Of a stretch of DNA of 64,000 nt, positions 1 to 7,996 are shown in pieces; positions within the stretch are counted from its first letter, which is position 1, and each line of letters starts with the position of its first letter. Source of the DNA: an uncultured Selenomonadales bacterium (GTDB lineage: Bacteria > Bacillota > Clostridia > Christensenellales > QALW01). The notes beneath the pieces were generated by a model. The model saw only the letters and a list, made by a program, of their open reading frames with translations. It was not told the DNA's origin and made no database searches. The translations under genes were made by a program, and so were the position numbers. The DNA lies in assembly GCA_905200615.1 (NCBI GenBank), contig CAJKLB010000001.1:4543-68542 (forward strand), given 5' to 3'.

Positions 1-560
1 TTTTTCTCCCAAGGGAACTTTACTGTGTATTCATCAGATCGTTCTCCATAGTTGGGTCTAATCGTCCGTCCACCTTCGATGATCTCGTCCAATGTCACAG
101 GCTCATAGTTCCAGTACATACAGCCCACATTATAGATTTCATTTCGGCATCCGATGCTGTTCAGATACTTAGCAAAGTCCACCTCAAAGTCTGCTTCATC
201 CGTAAAGTGGGAGTGCGCGTGGAGGTGGATTGCCTGATGTCTGTGTCCGTTGTACATAGGCTTGAAGAAGTGGTCGAGGATGACTCTTTTCTTCGTGCCG
301 TCTTTCAAGGTGACACAGATATCGTCAGAGTCCTTAATCCCTGCAAGAGCTGCCTTCGCTTTGGCATTGTGCAGGAAGTGGTCGCGATTGCCTTTGATGA
401 GGATGATCTGACCGTTTAGGCTCTTAATGAGTTCCGGTGCATCATCGTTTCGGGCTTTCCAAATCATATCTCCAAGGACATATCTCAAGGCCCGCCTTGA
501 TTTCCTTGCCGTTCTTATCAAAATACTGCATGGGACAATTCTCCTTTCCGATATATTTAC
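1..560 (-). pseudogene. Calcineurin-like (phage-type) metallophosphoesterase, 5'-truncated relic, C-terminus beyond the window edge
   Basis: The minus-strand frame is open from 560 to 1. It reads ..ILIRTARKSRRALRYVLGDMIWKARNDDAPELIKSLNGQIILIKGNRDHFLHNAKA...HLHAHSHF..., giving the GD, GNxDH and H.H metallophosphoesterase motifs. The N-terminal DxH motif segment is missing and there is no start codon in that frame. An RBS-preceded ATG at 531..529 opens a different frame that stops after 29 codons (442..444). Confidence 0.55.
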
Positions 561-590
561 TCATCCTTATTGTTAGAGGAGGGAGTACAA

Positions 591-632
591 AACGAAAAAG
601 GAGGTTGCGCATAAAATGTATGCGCAACCTCC
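591..632 (-). terminator. Rho-independent terminator of the two-gene cassette
   Basis: Perfect 13-bp stem GGAGGTTGCGCAT / ATGCGCAACCTCC (600-612 / 620-632) with a 7-nt loop, followed on the minus strand by TTTTTCGTT. It is preceded by a second hairpin at 643-672, just after the stop codon at 686. Confidence 0.75.
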
Positions 633-685
633 CTGAAATACAGAAGCCCTTAACATTCAGTTAGGGGCTTCTATTACAGATATAT

Positions 686-1486
686 TCACCAACTGTATTC
701 GGAAAATTTAATCGTATAGGTTTCTCCGGGGACAACATCATAAACTATTATAGTGTCATCTTTGAACTTGTCGCCGTTAGAAAGAGAGGATAAGGAGAGC
801 ATACCATCCTCAACCATAAAATCCTTGCTGTCGTAGATTTTGTATTTGATCATATCATATGTAGAAGAACTCCCATATGTTTTCGAGCCAGTTACGGTGA
901 TTTTTAATTGAGAAGTAAACTCCTTTTCATATGTGTATTTTACTTCTTCAATTCTAATCTTGGATTCTACTTTGCCATCATAGCCTTTGACATTAATTTC
1001 TTGGGGCAAACCGTCAGCTATGAGTTGTACATCTTTGACTGGCAAGCAATACAATGCTTCGCAATTCACCTCATCAAACCGTAGGAATTCTCCCTTGTAA
1101 ACTGTTAGGTATACTTTTCCATTTGCTGAAGTGCCCGTGGCAATATTTGATGCAGGGATTCTCAGATTTGCTAAATACTGCTCACCCGCCACCTTGCTTG
1201 AATAATATCCAAAATCATCTTTGGTTATGGAATGCGTCCCACTATATACTTCTTCACCGTTATCATTCACAATTCGAATGTCAACATCGACATCAGCAGA
1301 AACATATCGCTCCGAGACAGTTAACAAAGCAAAGAATACACTATAGTCATTCGTGCCTTCGTTGTGTTGAAAAGACCAGTTTTTCAGTGTTTCAATGTCG
1401 GATGTTCTTGTTCCAACTGGAACTAACGAACATCCGCATAATTGAATTACTAACAAAAGTACTAACAATAATACTGATTTTTTCAT
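686..1486 (-). CDS. Lipoprotein of unknown function (beta-rich), second gene of the cassette
   Basis: The ORF-track frame is 686..1576. I place the start at ATG 1486 (MKKSVLLLVLLLVIQLCGC: signal peptide plus lipobox L-C-G-C). It overlaps the upstream stop in an ATGA junction. I recognise no family. Confidence 0.65.
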   Translation of the reverse strand: MKKSVLLLVLLLVIQLCGCSLVPVGTRTSDIETLKNWSFQHNEGTNDYSVFFALLTVSERYVSADVDVDIRIVNDNGEEVYSGTHSITKDDFGYYSSKVAGEQYLANLRIPASNIATGTSANGKVYLTVYKGEFLRFDEVNCEALYCLPVKDVQLIADGLPQEINVKGYDGKVESKIRIEEVKYTYEKEFTSQLKITVTGSKTYGSSSTYDMIKYKIYDSKDFMVEDGMLSLSSLSNGDKFKDDTIIVYDVVPGETYTIKFSEYSW

Positions 1487-2616
1487 TTGTCTTTGCCCCC
1501 AACAACCAATTCCGTCATTTCTCTTTTCAACTGTTTTAACTCTTTTTGGGGACGAAGACAAGTTACCCGATTGCATTGTTCATTCAGATAACATGTTTCG
1601 CAGATAATTTCACTTACAGCTTGCTCAGCCAGTTCTTTATCTGTTGGGAGTGCGTATTTATCAATCTTCTTGATGCTTTTGGGTTCTCTTAGCGAATAGT
1701 CAATCTGCTTTCCATTACTTGTTTTTACATATCGATAAACTTCTGCAAAGAAGGAAACGCCATCTCCGATTTCATATTCTTCAAAGCCTTTAATGCTCAT
1801 CCAAACATGTTCTTCTTTGCCATCAAAACATAGGCCGTCAGGATACATTCCTTCAACGAATATGCGTTCAAAGCAAATATTATCTTTGGTCTTTCTTTCA
1901 ATAGTTCCCTTAAATGAAAGAGGAATGCTGTGGTAACAGGTTGCAAACCATTCTCTTGTTTTATGGAAAGATCTGATTTGTACATCAATATAGTCATCGT
2001 AGGAAAATCTTTCTGCACCTACTACATCGCTGTATCCATTTGGATCAAAGTCTATATCCCCATCATATGTTTGAACTATTATTTTTTCGCCATAATATGT
2101 GGCAAATGTTTCTTTGTATTCCGGATATTTTTGAATTAAGTTAACTGCTTTTTTTATTCTCTCGGATCGACAGGCTTTATTTCTTTCTTCTTCAAGCTGC
2201 TTTTGTTTCTTCTCTTGCTTTTCAATGTATTCCATTTCGCTTGCGGTCAATAAGGGAGTTATTTGATCCTTGTTGTCGTATTTTCCGCTTGCTAACGATG
2301 ACTTGAACCGATTGAGAATGGATTTAAGCATTTCGGGAGACAGAAACTTTGCTTTCTCGATGGAGCAACTATGGTAGCAGCCAGTGTAAATATTGCCGTG
2401 TCCGTTTCCGTACATAACAGCAGTATTCCACGGACATAAGTAGTGTTCTTTTTGAATCAGCTTACCACGCTTTAATCCGTCTTCGAATTCGGGGAAAATT
2501 TGGGGATTGCCACAGCCTTCATAATCGTCCACCCAAAAGCCTGATGGGCCTTTGTCTGCATGTTGAATCATAACATCCAACACTTCAATTGTTTTTTCTT
2601 TCTTTTCGGTTTTCAT
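1483..2616 (-). CDS. Hypothetical 377-aa cytoplasmic protein, Cys/His-rich ends and a central Lys/Glu coiled-coil
   Basis: Long ORF with a GGAGG RBS upstream of ATG 2616. It has Cys clusters (YEGCGN, LCPW, TGCYHSCS; C-terminal CETCYLNEQCNRVTC) and a central EKQEKKQKQLEEERNK segment. I recognise no family. Confidence 0.65.
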   Translation of the reverse strand: MKTEKKEKTIEVLDVMIQHADKGPSGFWVDDYEGCGNPQIFPEFEDGLKRGKLIQKEHYLCPWNTAVMYGNGHGNIYTGCYHSCSIEKAKFLSPEMLKSILNRFKSSLASGKYDNKDQITPLLTASEMEYIEKQEKKQKQLEEERNKACRSERIKKAVNLIQKYPEYKETFATYYGEKIIVQTYDGDIDFDPNGYSDVVGAERFSYDDYIDVQIRSFHKTREWFATCYHSIPLSFKGTIERKTKDNICFERIFVEGMYPDGLCFDGKEEHVWMSIKGFEEYEIGDGVSFFAEVYRYVKTSNGKQIDYSLREPKSIKKIDKYALPTDKELAEQAVSEIICETCYLNEQCNRVTCLRPQKELKQLKREMTELVVGGKDK

Positions 2617-2704
2617 TATTACAACCTCCGTTAATAAGTGCCGCCGTCTGGCGACCTGACATGTTAACAGCGGTTTAGTGGACTAATATTTTACTGTGTG
2701 AAAC

Positions 2705-2733
2705 ATTATAACATAATATTGCAGAAAACGCAA
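2705..2733 (-). promoter_or_regulatory. Sigma-A type promoter for the 1483..2616 / 686..1486 cassette
   Basis: The minus strand reads TTGCGT (2733-2728), a 17-nt spacer, then TATAAT (2710-2705) with an upstream TGt. It lies about 90 nt upstream of the ATG at 2616. Confidence 0.5.
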
Positions 2734-2973
2734 TGAGATTACGAAAAGTGCCGCTTTTTCGTTAAGAAAATATAATAGCTTGGTGATTGAACCGTCAACA
2801 CAAAGCCGGTAAGACACAAACATTTAACAATCAGAGAAACGAAAAAAGGGGCAGACTCTGCGAAAATAATCGCAAAATCTGCCCCTAAAAGCCCAGGTAT
2901 TTAGTTCAAGTCCTCCCCAAAGGTCGTTTTTGGGGAATGATATCTTTTGAATTGCACCTTGAAAAATGGCACG

Positions 2974-3008
2974 AAAAAACCCAGAAACCGTTGTGGTTTC
3001 TGGGTTTT
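2974..3008 (-). terminator. Terminator downstream of tRNA-fMet (structurally bidirectional)
   Basis: 10-bp stem CCCAGAAACC / GGTTTCTGGG (2980-2989 / 2995-3004). An A-run sits on the plus side (a T-run on the minus strand) and TTTT follows on the plus strand. A smaller hairpin at 3011-3035 lies directly after the tRNA. Confidence 0.6.
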
Positions 3009-3039
3009 CCGAACCGATATCTTTTTCGGTTCGCAATGT

Positions 3040-3116
<77 letters not shown>

Positions 3117-3140
3117 ATATATTTTTCTGATTTCATAATT

Positions 3141-3169
3141 ATTATATACAATAACAATTAAAATGTCAA
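3141..3169 (-). promoter_or_regulatory. Consensus sigma-A promoter of the tRNA gene
   Basis: The minus strand reads TTGACA (3169-3164), a 17-nt spacer, then TATAAT (3146-3141), about 25 nt upstream of the mature tRNA 5' end. Confidence 0.65.
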
Positions 3170-3248
3170 CCGTTTTATTTTAAATGCCGTTATATTCTTT
3201 TGCCGAAAAAAGTCGGGCGGCCGCCTGCCGCAAACAGCCCACTTGAGT

Positions 3249-4817
3249 TTACATAAAATCACTGTCATCTTCCGAACTATATTTTTCGGTTGTTTTTTCT
3301 TTGTTTTTATTCTCTTCAGAATCCTGTTGCAAAGGTTGATAAAAGAAATTTTCCGTATTTTCGGATTCCCCTGTTGTTTCATCAAGTCCCCAATCACGCA
3401 CAGAATCAAGTGATTGTGCTTTTTTTCTTTTTACAAGCAAAACAACAAGTGCCGCAAGCACAGCCGCAAGCGCAACAACCGCCGCCGCAAGCGCCGCTTT
3501 ACGCCAATCAATTCCGGTTTGTATTATAACCGGAGGCTGTGTTTCCTGGGGAAGCCGTTCCTCCAGCAATGCGGAAGAAAGCTTTTGCACGGTTCCGTCC
3601 TCCGCGCAGTACACACACAAATATTTTTCACCTGTCGTATTGTTCATCGCGCTGATAATATAATAGCCTTCACCCAGCAAATCCGTCTGCCATGCAGGAA
3701 AACTTTCCCCGTTTATTTCAAACATCACCGTTTTCCAAGAAGAAGGTACGGTCTGCATCGCAGAGGCAAATATCGTATATACCGTCTGCGCGCCGGAAGT
3801 CAATGTTTGAAAAAGCGAGAAGGTAAGATTCTTTTCATCCAGAATATAAAAATAGGAATCCGTTTCATCTGAAAGCAGCACTAACCGAACATCACCAAAA
3901 ACCGCTGTCTGAATCGTGCGGCCGGAATAGGTGTATTCCTCCGCGGTAAACCCCGCGGGCAATTCTTTAGAAATCTGCTCCTCAAGAATAAAGCTCTTTC
4001 CGTCTACCGTTACCGTCAGTGAACCGTCAGGCGATGTTCCCGGTTCTTCCGTAGGAGGAACGGGCGTAGGCTCGGTACTTTCCGCGGCTTGGCGAGTAAT
4101 CGTAATCGTATACGTTTTGGTAGTACCGTCCTCTGCCGTTACCCGTACACTTCGGGTATTTTTTCCTACATCAAGGCTCACCTTGCCGATAAACTCGATA
4201 CTGGATTTTGAATCAGACCGTGTAGGCTCTATCGGAAAAGAGGTCACGCTGTAAGGCACCGTACAGGTATACTGCGTGACATTCGAGGAAAACGCCGGTG
4301 AAAGCGTACAGCCCTGAGGTACTTTCAATGCCGAAAGATTGCAGTTGGAAGAAAGCGAGGGAGAAGGCTTAGCCTTAACGGTTACGCTGGCCTCGGCGGT
4401 AGGCGTCCCTAAAGGATCGCCGTTCGTATCTCCGATATCGCTGCTGGTCAGCTTTACCGTTGCGGCACCCACCGCAGAAGCGGTAAACGTAAGCGTTACC
4501 GTATACGTCGCGGAAGTATTAGAAGAACTATAGTCTGATATTTGAATCGTTCCTCCGCCGGAAGCATTGACATTTGCATTGCCTAAACTGCTACTATAGC
4601 TTTTATACTGCAATCTGGAAGTGTCAAACGAGAACAGCGTATCGGCACTGCCTACCGCGGCGGAGCCGGTAAAACGAAAGGTAAACGTAACGGAATCTCC
4701 CACATAGGGAGTAGATGAGGACGCGGATGCCGCGACTTGACAGGCCGCGGATACTGGCAGCAGCATAAAAGTCATAAGAATCGCGGCGGCAAGCACCGCG
4801 GTAAGAACTCGTTTCAT
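3249..4817 (-). CDS. Membrane-anchored surface protein: signal peptide, cohesin-like domain, cadherin-like beta-sandwich domain, unknown domain, C-terminal TM helix and acidic cytoplasmic tail
   Basis: AAGGAG RBS. The signal peptide is MKRVLTAVLAAAILMTFMLLPVSAA. The N-terminal module PYVGDSVTFTFRFTGSAAVGSADTLFSFDTSRLQY...ATYTVTLTFTASAVGAATVKL resembles the cohesin pattern (GDtV.v.V.f.g...gi...dF...YD...Le). LSALKVPQGCTLSPAFSSNVTQYTCTVPYSVTSFPIEP...VRVTAEDGTTKTYTITITR is a typical cadherin-like beta-sandwich. The TM segment is AALAAAVVALAAVLAALVVLLV followed by KRKK. Confidence 0.6.
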   Translation of the reverse strand: MKRVLTAVLAAAILMTFMLLPVSAACQVAASASSSTPYVGDSVTFTFRFTGSAAVGSADTLFSFDTSRLQYKSYSSSLGNANVNASGGGTIQISDYSSSNTSATYTVTLTFTASAVGAATVKLTSSDIGDTNGDPLGTPTAEASVTVKAKPSPSLSSNCNLSALKVPQGCTLSPAFSSNVTQYTCTVPYSVTSFPIEPTRSDSKSSIEFIGKVSLDVGKNTRSVRVTAEDGTTKTYTITITRQAAESTEPTPVPPTEEPGTSPDGSLTVTVDGKSFILEEQISKELPAGFTAEEYTYSGRTIQTAVFGDVRLVLLSDETDSYFYILDEKNLTFSLFQTLTSGAQTVYTIFASAMQTVPSSWKTVMFEINGESFPAWQTDLLGEGYYIISAMNNTTGEKYLCVYCAEDGTVQKLSSALLEERLPQETQPPVIIQTGIDWRKAALAAAVVALAAVLAALVVLLVKRKKAQSLDSVRDWGLDETTGESENTENFFYQPLQQDSEENKNKEKTTEKYSSEDDSDFM

Positions 4818-4829
4818 ATTTTCTCTCCT

Positions 4830-6812
4830 TTATGATAGTCCCAGGATCTTACGCTGACAAACCAACAGATCCCTGGAATTCACGGTACCGTCGTTATTGA
4901 TATCCGCCGCTTCCAAGCGGGCGGCATGAATTTGGGAAAGTGCTAAAATATGTTTTTGCGTAATCAAAAGATCGGCCGAAGAAAGTTTACCGTCGCCGTT
5001 GCTGTCGCCGTAAATCACAACTGAATACGCGCGGACTTCTTCCTCCCCCTGTTTCAGCACAAGAGAATCCCCTGTTTTCATCACATCGCCGTCGGATTTC
5101 TCCTTACCGGAGGCATCCGTAAAGAAGGCGGTATATCCTGTAACCATAATTTTATCTTTAAACTCTTTCAGTGTGGTTCCCACCGAAACGCCGGTTATCA
5201 TAGCATTTTTTACGGTATATGAAGTTTGGAACGAAGAATCTCCCTCTCCTTCACCGCCTCCGCCTTCTCCGCCGCTGTCCACGGAACAGGTAACATACAG
5301 CGTATATATACGCTGCGAACCGCTGGGAGCCGTAACAACGATATTGATTTCATTAATCCCGTATTTTAAGCGAACCTCTCCCGTGCCGGAAATCACAGCG
5401 CCGGAATCCTTAGCCGAAGCATTTACAGTAATTGCCGAAACATCCACAAAGGCCTCGTACTCCGTTGTATACAACTGATACGGCTGCGTAAAGGAATACC
5501 CTGCAATCGAAAGCGTTTCCAGCCAGTTATTATTATTTCCGGTACTGGTGGGTTTCGGTTGTTTTTCCTCGGGCATGTCCTTATACACGGGAATAATAAA
5601 GTTCAGTGCCGAATCCATCGCGCCGGCTGTTTCAATCGCGTTGCGCAATGAGGAACTCTCGCTTACCGCGGCACTGGTATTGGTCATATACTGATGGGAA
5701 TACAGGCCGTTTCCGCCGTCAATCACGTCATATTTTTGCAGATACAGAGTATTTTGCCCTACTTTAATATATCCGTTGGTTAAAAAGGACGCGCCCCCGA
5801 TCAACGCTTTCAGCGGCGTATCCCATCCCTTATTTTTTGCGTAAATCGCGCCGTTTTCCATAGCTGTTCTTCCGCCGGAAGCATAAGCGCCGATATCGAA
5901 ATGATTGTAATATCCCTCATAGCCTGCCACCGTACCGTGAGCCAGTTTATTGCCCACCGAACCCTGTTCCAGCCGGAGACGTGCCGCCAGCATAAACGGA
6001 TTGGCTCCGGCCGCCTCACCGGCCTGAAGCACGCCCTGCGCATAGCTCATGGAGCCGTCCGGCAGATTTCCGGTCATAAAAGTTCCTGAAAACGCGGCTT
6101 TGATAGCTTCTTCGCTTACCGGCATATCTTTATTATAGGAAAGCTCCAGAAACTGAAAAATATTATTATCAAAAAAGTTACGCGGATCCAGATAATAGCA
6201 AATCACTTCTTTGGAAGCCGCCTTCCAGCCACCGCTGTCAAAAGAATACCATTCGTTATTTTCCCAATCATACGCGCCTTTTTCAAAAGATTTCCAGGAA
6301 TCCAAGCTCGAAGAGCTTACCAGATTCCGCCCCAACAAACACTCGGCATCCACAACCTCCTGCCAGGTAAGGCCTGTCTGCAGCGCGGTGAACTTCCACT
6401 GTGGATGCAGCGCATGCAGCAGTCGCAGACCCTCTTTATAGCTTTCGGGAAAGCCCTGCAGGGTAAGCTCGGTTTCAAAAGCGTCATCCCCTTCGGTAGG
6501 ACGATCAAATACCGTAAAATATTCACCTTTGCCAAAGCCCTCTACATTATTATATGTAATTTTATACCAAAGCTCACCATCCGTATCGTTACTACTTCCG
6601 GTAATATTGACAATCGTTCCCTTCGGAAGCGAAGTCACCTTAGCGTATTCCGTACCCGGTCCTGACCGTATATTCAAATTGGAGCCTTCGGTAACAACCA
6701 AACCCATTTTATCCATCGGCGTTACATCATAGGCATAAACACACAGGCACAATGCCGAAAGCAGTACCGCAATACACAATATGAAAGATATCGGACGCAG
6801 AGATCGTTTCAT
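4830..6812 (-). CDS. Secreted peptidoglycan hydrolase: SH3b, GH73-type N-acetylglucosaminidase-like domain, cadherin-like beta-sandwich, type-I dockerin
   Basis: I place the start at ATG 6812 (MKRSLRPISFILCIAVLLSALCLCVYA, GGAAGGAG RBS) rather than the track start at 6875. The SH3b module is NLNIRSGPGTEYAKVTSLPKGTIVNI...WYKITY. The glucosaminidase-like core includes FMLAARLRLEQGS, YNHFDIGA and TLYLQKYD. The C-terminus has two Ca-binding dockerin repeats, DSNGDGKLSSADLLITQKHIL and DINNDGTVNSRDLLVCQRKIL. Confidence 0.75.
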   Translation of the reverse strand: MKRSLRPISFILCIAVLLSALCLCVYAYDVTPMDKMGLVVTEGSNLNIRSGPGTEYAKVTSLPKGTIVNITGSSNDTDGELWYKITYNNVEGFGKGEYFTVFDRPTEGDDAFETELTLQGFPESYKEGLRLLHALHPQWKFTALQTGLTWQEVVDAECLLGRNLVSSSSLDSWKSFEKGAYDWENNEWYSFDSGGWKAASKEVICYYLDPRNFFDNNIFQFLELSYNKDMPVSEEAIKAAFSGTFMTGNLPDGSMSYAQGVLQAGEAAGANPFMLAARLRLEQGSVGNKLAHGTVAGYEGYYNHFDIGAYASGGRTAMENGAIYAKNKGWDTPLKALIGGASFLTNGYIKVGQNTLYLQKYDVIDGGNGLYSHQYMTNTSAAVSESSSLRNAIETAGAMDSALNFIIPVYKDMPEEKQPKPTSTGNNNNWLETLSIAGYSFTQPYQLYTTEYEAFVDVSAITVNASAKDSGAVISGTGEVRLKYGINEINIVVTAPSGSQRIYTLYVTCSVDSGGEGGGGEGEGDSSFQTSYTVKNAMITGVSVGTTLKEFKDKIMVTGYTAFFTDASGKEKSDGDVMKTGDSLVLKQGEEEVRAYSVVIYGDSNGDGKLSSADLLITQKHILALSQIHAARLEAADINNDGTVNSRDLLVCQRKILGLS

Positions 6813-6846
6813 GCAAAGCCGCTCCTTCCACTTCGTTACAAGAAGC

Positions 6847-6875
6847 ATTATAGCATTCTTTGTTTGTTTTTGCAA
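6847..6875 (-). promoter_or_regulatory. Promoter of the hydrolase / cohesin-like operon
   Basis: The minus strand reads TTGCAA (6875-6870), a 17-nt spacer, then TGcTATAAT (TATAAT at 6852-6847). Confidence 0.5.
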
Positions 6876-6979
6876 TACTTTTGTAATAATTTGTCGTTGT
6901 CAAACAAAGCAAGCTCCTGCGAAAAGCACACACTATGAATAAAAAGAGAGAAAAACAGAATTTTTATACAGAAAAACAC

Positions 6980-7008
6980 TTGACATTCGCTTTAAAATAT
7001 GTAAGAAT
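6980..7008 (+). promoter_or_regulatory. Promoter of the amino-acid ABC transporter operon
   Basis: TTGACA (6980-6985) is followed after 16-17 nt by TAAGAAT (7002-7008), about 45 nt upstream of the ATG at 7051. Confidence 0.45.
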
Positions 7009-7050
7009 ATTCGAGTATCTAAATTTAAATTTAAAAGGAGCAAAATCATC

Positions 7051-7920
7051 ATGAAAAAGCTTTTATCCTTTATCCTTGTAATTCTGCTGGCGTTTGCTTG
7101 CTTTACTGCCTGTACGCCGCTGGAAAATGAGCCGGATGCCAATGCCACTGCCACTCCGGCCACAACAGACGAAGCCACAGGACTTACTATTACCGGCTGG
7201 AGTTCCTTGAACGGTCTTTCTGCGGCGTATCAATCCGGCACCACCGCGGAAGGAAAAATCACAGAGCTCAACGAGACCGGCTCGATTACCTGTACCGCGT
7301 ATCCCAACGAAGATATGGCCGTATGTTTTTCTATGCTGGCCAATAACGAAGTGCAAACTGTTGTTTGTGACCAGGCTGTTGCCGAAGATTTTTGCGCGAA
7401 AAATCCGGATAAATATCAAGTAGCTTGGATCCAAGAAGATTCTCCGGAGGAATTCGCTATTGCTGTTCCCAAAGGTACCAGCACGGATCTCTTAGCCGCT
7501 ATCAACGAGGCGATGGATGAACTGAGAGCAGAAGGCTTTTTAGATAAGCTGCATGACAAATGGTTCGGATCCGGCGCCGAGGTTACCATGCCTACCGAAA
7601 AGACCGTTGACTGTAAAGCGCCCCTTGTGCATGAGGGCTATTTCACCGTAGGCAGCGAAATCGGCTATCCTCCTTATGAATCCTATGATGAAAACAATGT
7701 TCCTGTGGGATTTGATATTGATTTAACAAAAGCCATTGCCATCAAGCTTGGACTTGAAGTCAATTATGTTGACCGTGCTTTCGATACCATTTTCAGCGCT
7801 ATGGGCAAAGATTATGACGTCGTTTGCGCCGCGGTTACGATTGATGACGTTCGTAAGGAATCCATGGATTTTTCCGATCCCTACATCAAAAATTATCTGG
7901 CTGTTGTCGTTGCTAAATAA
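7051..7920 (+). CDS. Amino-acid ABC transporter substrate-binding lipoprotein (family 3 SBP) with apparently circularly permuted segment order
   Basis: AAGGAG RBS. The lipobox is FTAC (Cys21). Residues ~44-173 match the C-terminal half of GlnH/HisJ-type SBPs (LNGLSAAYQSGTTAE ... FAIAVPKGTSTDLLAAINEAMDELRAEGFLDKLHDKWFG). Residues ~197-289 match the N-terminal half (FTVGSEIGYPPYESYDENNVPVGFDIDLTKAIAIKLGL...AAVTIDDVRKESMDFSDPYIKNYLAVVVAK). The stop codon comes right after the strand that normally leads into hinge 1. Confidence 0.8.
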   Translation: MKKLLSFILVILLAFACFTACTPLENEPDANATATPATTDEATGLTITGWSSLNGLSAAYQSGTTAEGKITELNETGSITCTAYPNEDMAVCFSMLANNEVQTVVCDQAVAEDFCAKNPDKYQVAWIQEDSPEEFAIAVPKGTSTDLLAAINEAMDELRAEGFLDKLHDKWFGSGAEVTMPTEKTVDCKAPLVHEGYFTVGSEIGYPPYESYDENNVPVGFDIDLTKAIAIKLGLEVNYVDRAFDTIFSAMGKDYDVVCAAVTIDDVRKESMDFSDPYIKNYLAVVVAK

Positions 7921-7944
7921 GCAGACCTCTTCTGTAAATTAAAA

Positions 7945-7972
7945 GGCACATAGCAGGGCTTTGCTATGTGCC
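7945..7972 (+). promoter_or_regulatory. Intercistronic stem-loop between the SBP and permease genes
   Basis: 11-bp stem GGCACATAGCA / TGCTATGTGCC with a 6-nt loop and only a weak U-tract. This resembles the partial terminators or mRNA stabilisers that raise SBP expression relative to membrane components in ABC operons. Confidence 0.5.
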
Positions 7973-7996
7973 GTTCTAATATTAAAGGAATTGATC

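Larger units (their letters stand above)
1..3039. mobile_element. Probable end of an AT-richer integrated element or prophage remnant abutting the 3' end of tRNA-fMet (extends beyond the window start)
   Basis: This stretch is visibly AT-richer than the DNA to the right of the tRNA. It holds a truncated phage-type metallophosphoesterase and two unknown genes with their own promoter and terminator. It lies immediately downstream of the tRNA 3' end, the classic integration side. No integrase or att repeat is visible in the window. Confidence 0.4.

Noticed and set aside
2904-2913. 10-nt match (GTTCAAGTCC) to the tRNA T-loop region, considered as an att-site remnant
   Set aside because: It lies in inverted, not direct, orientation relative to the tRNA. 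It has no flanking T-stem or acceptor similarity. A 10-mer match is near chance expectation in 64 kb read on both strands.
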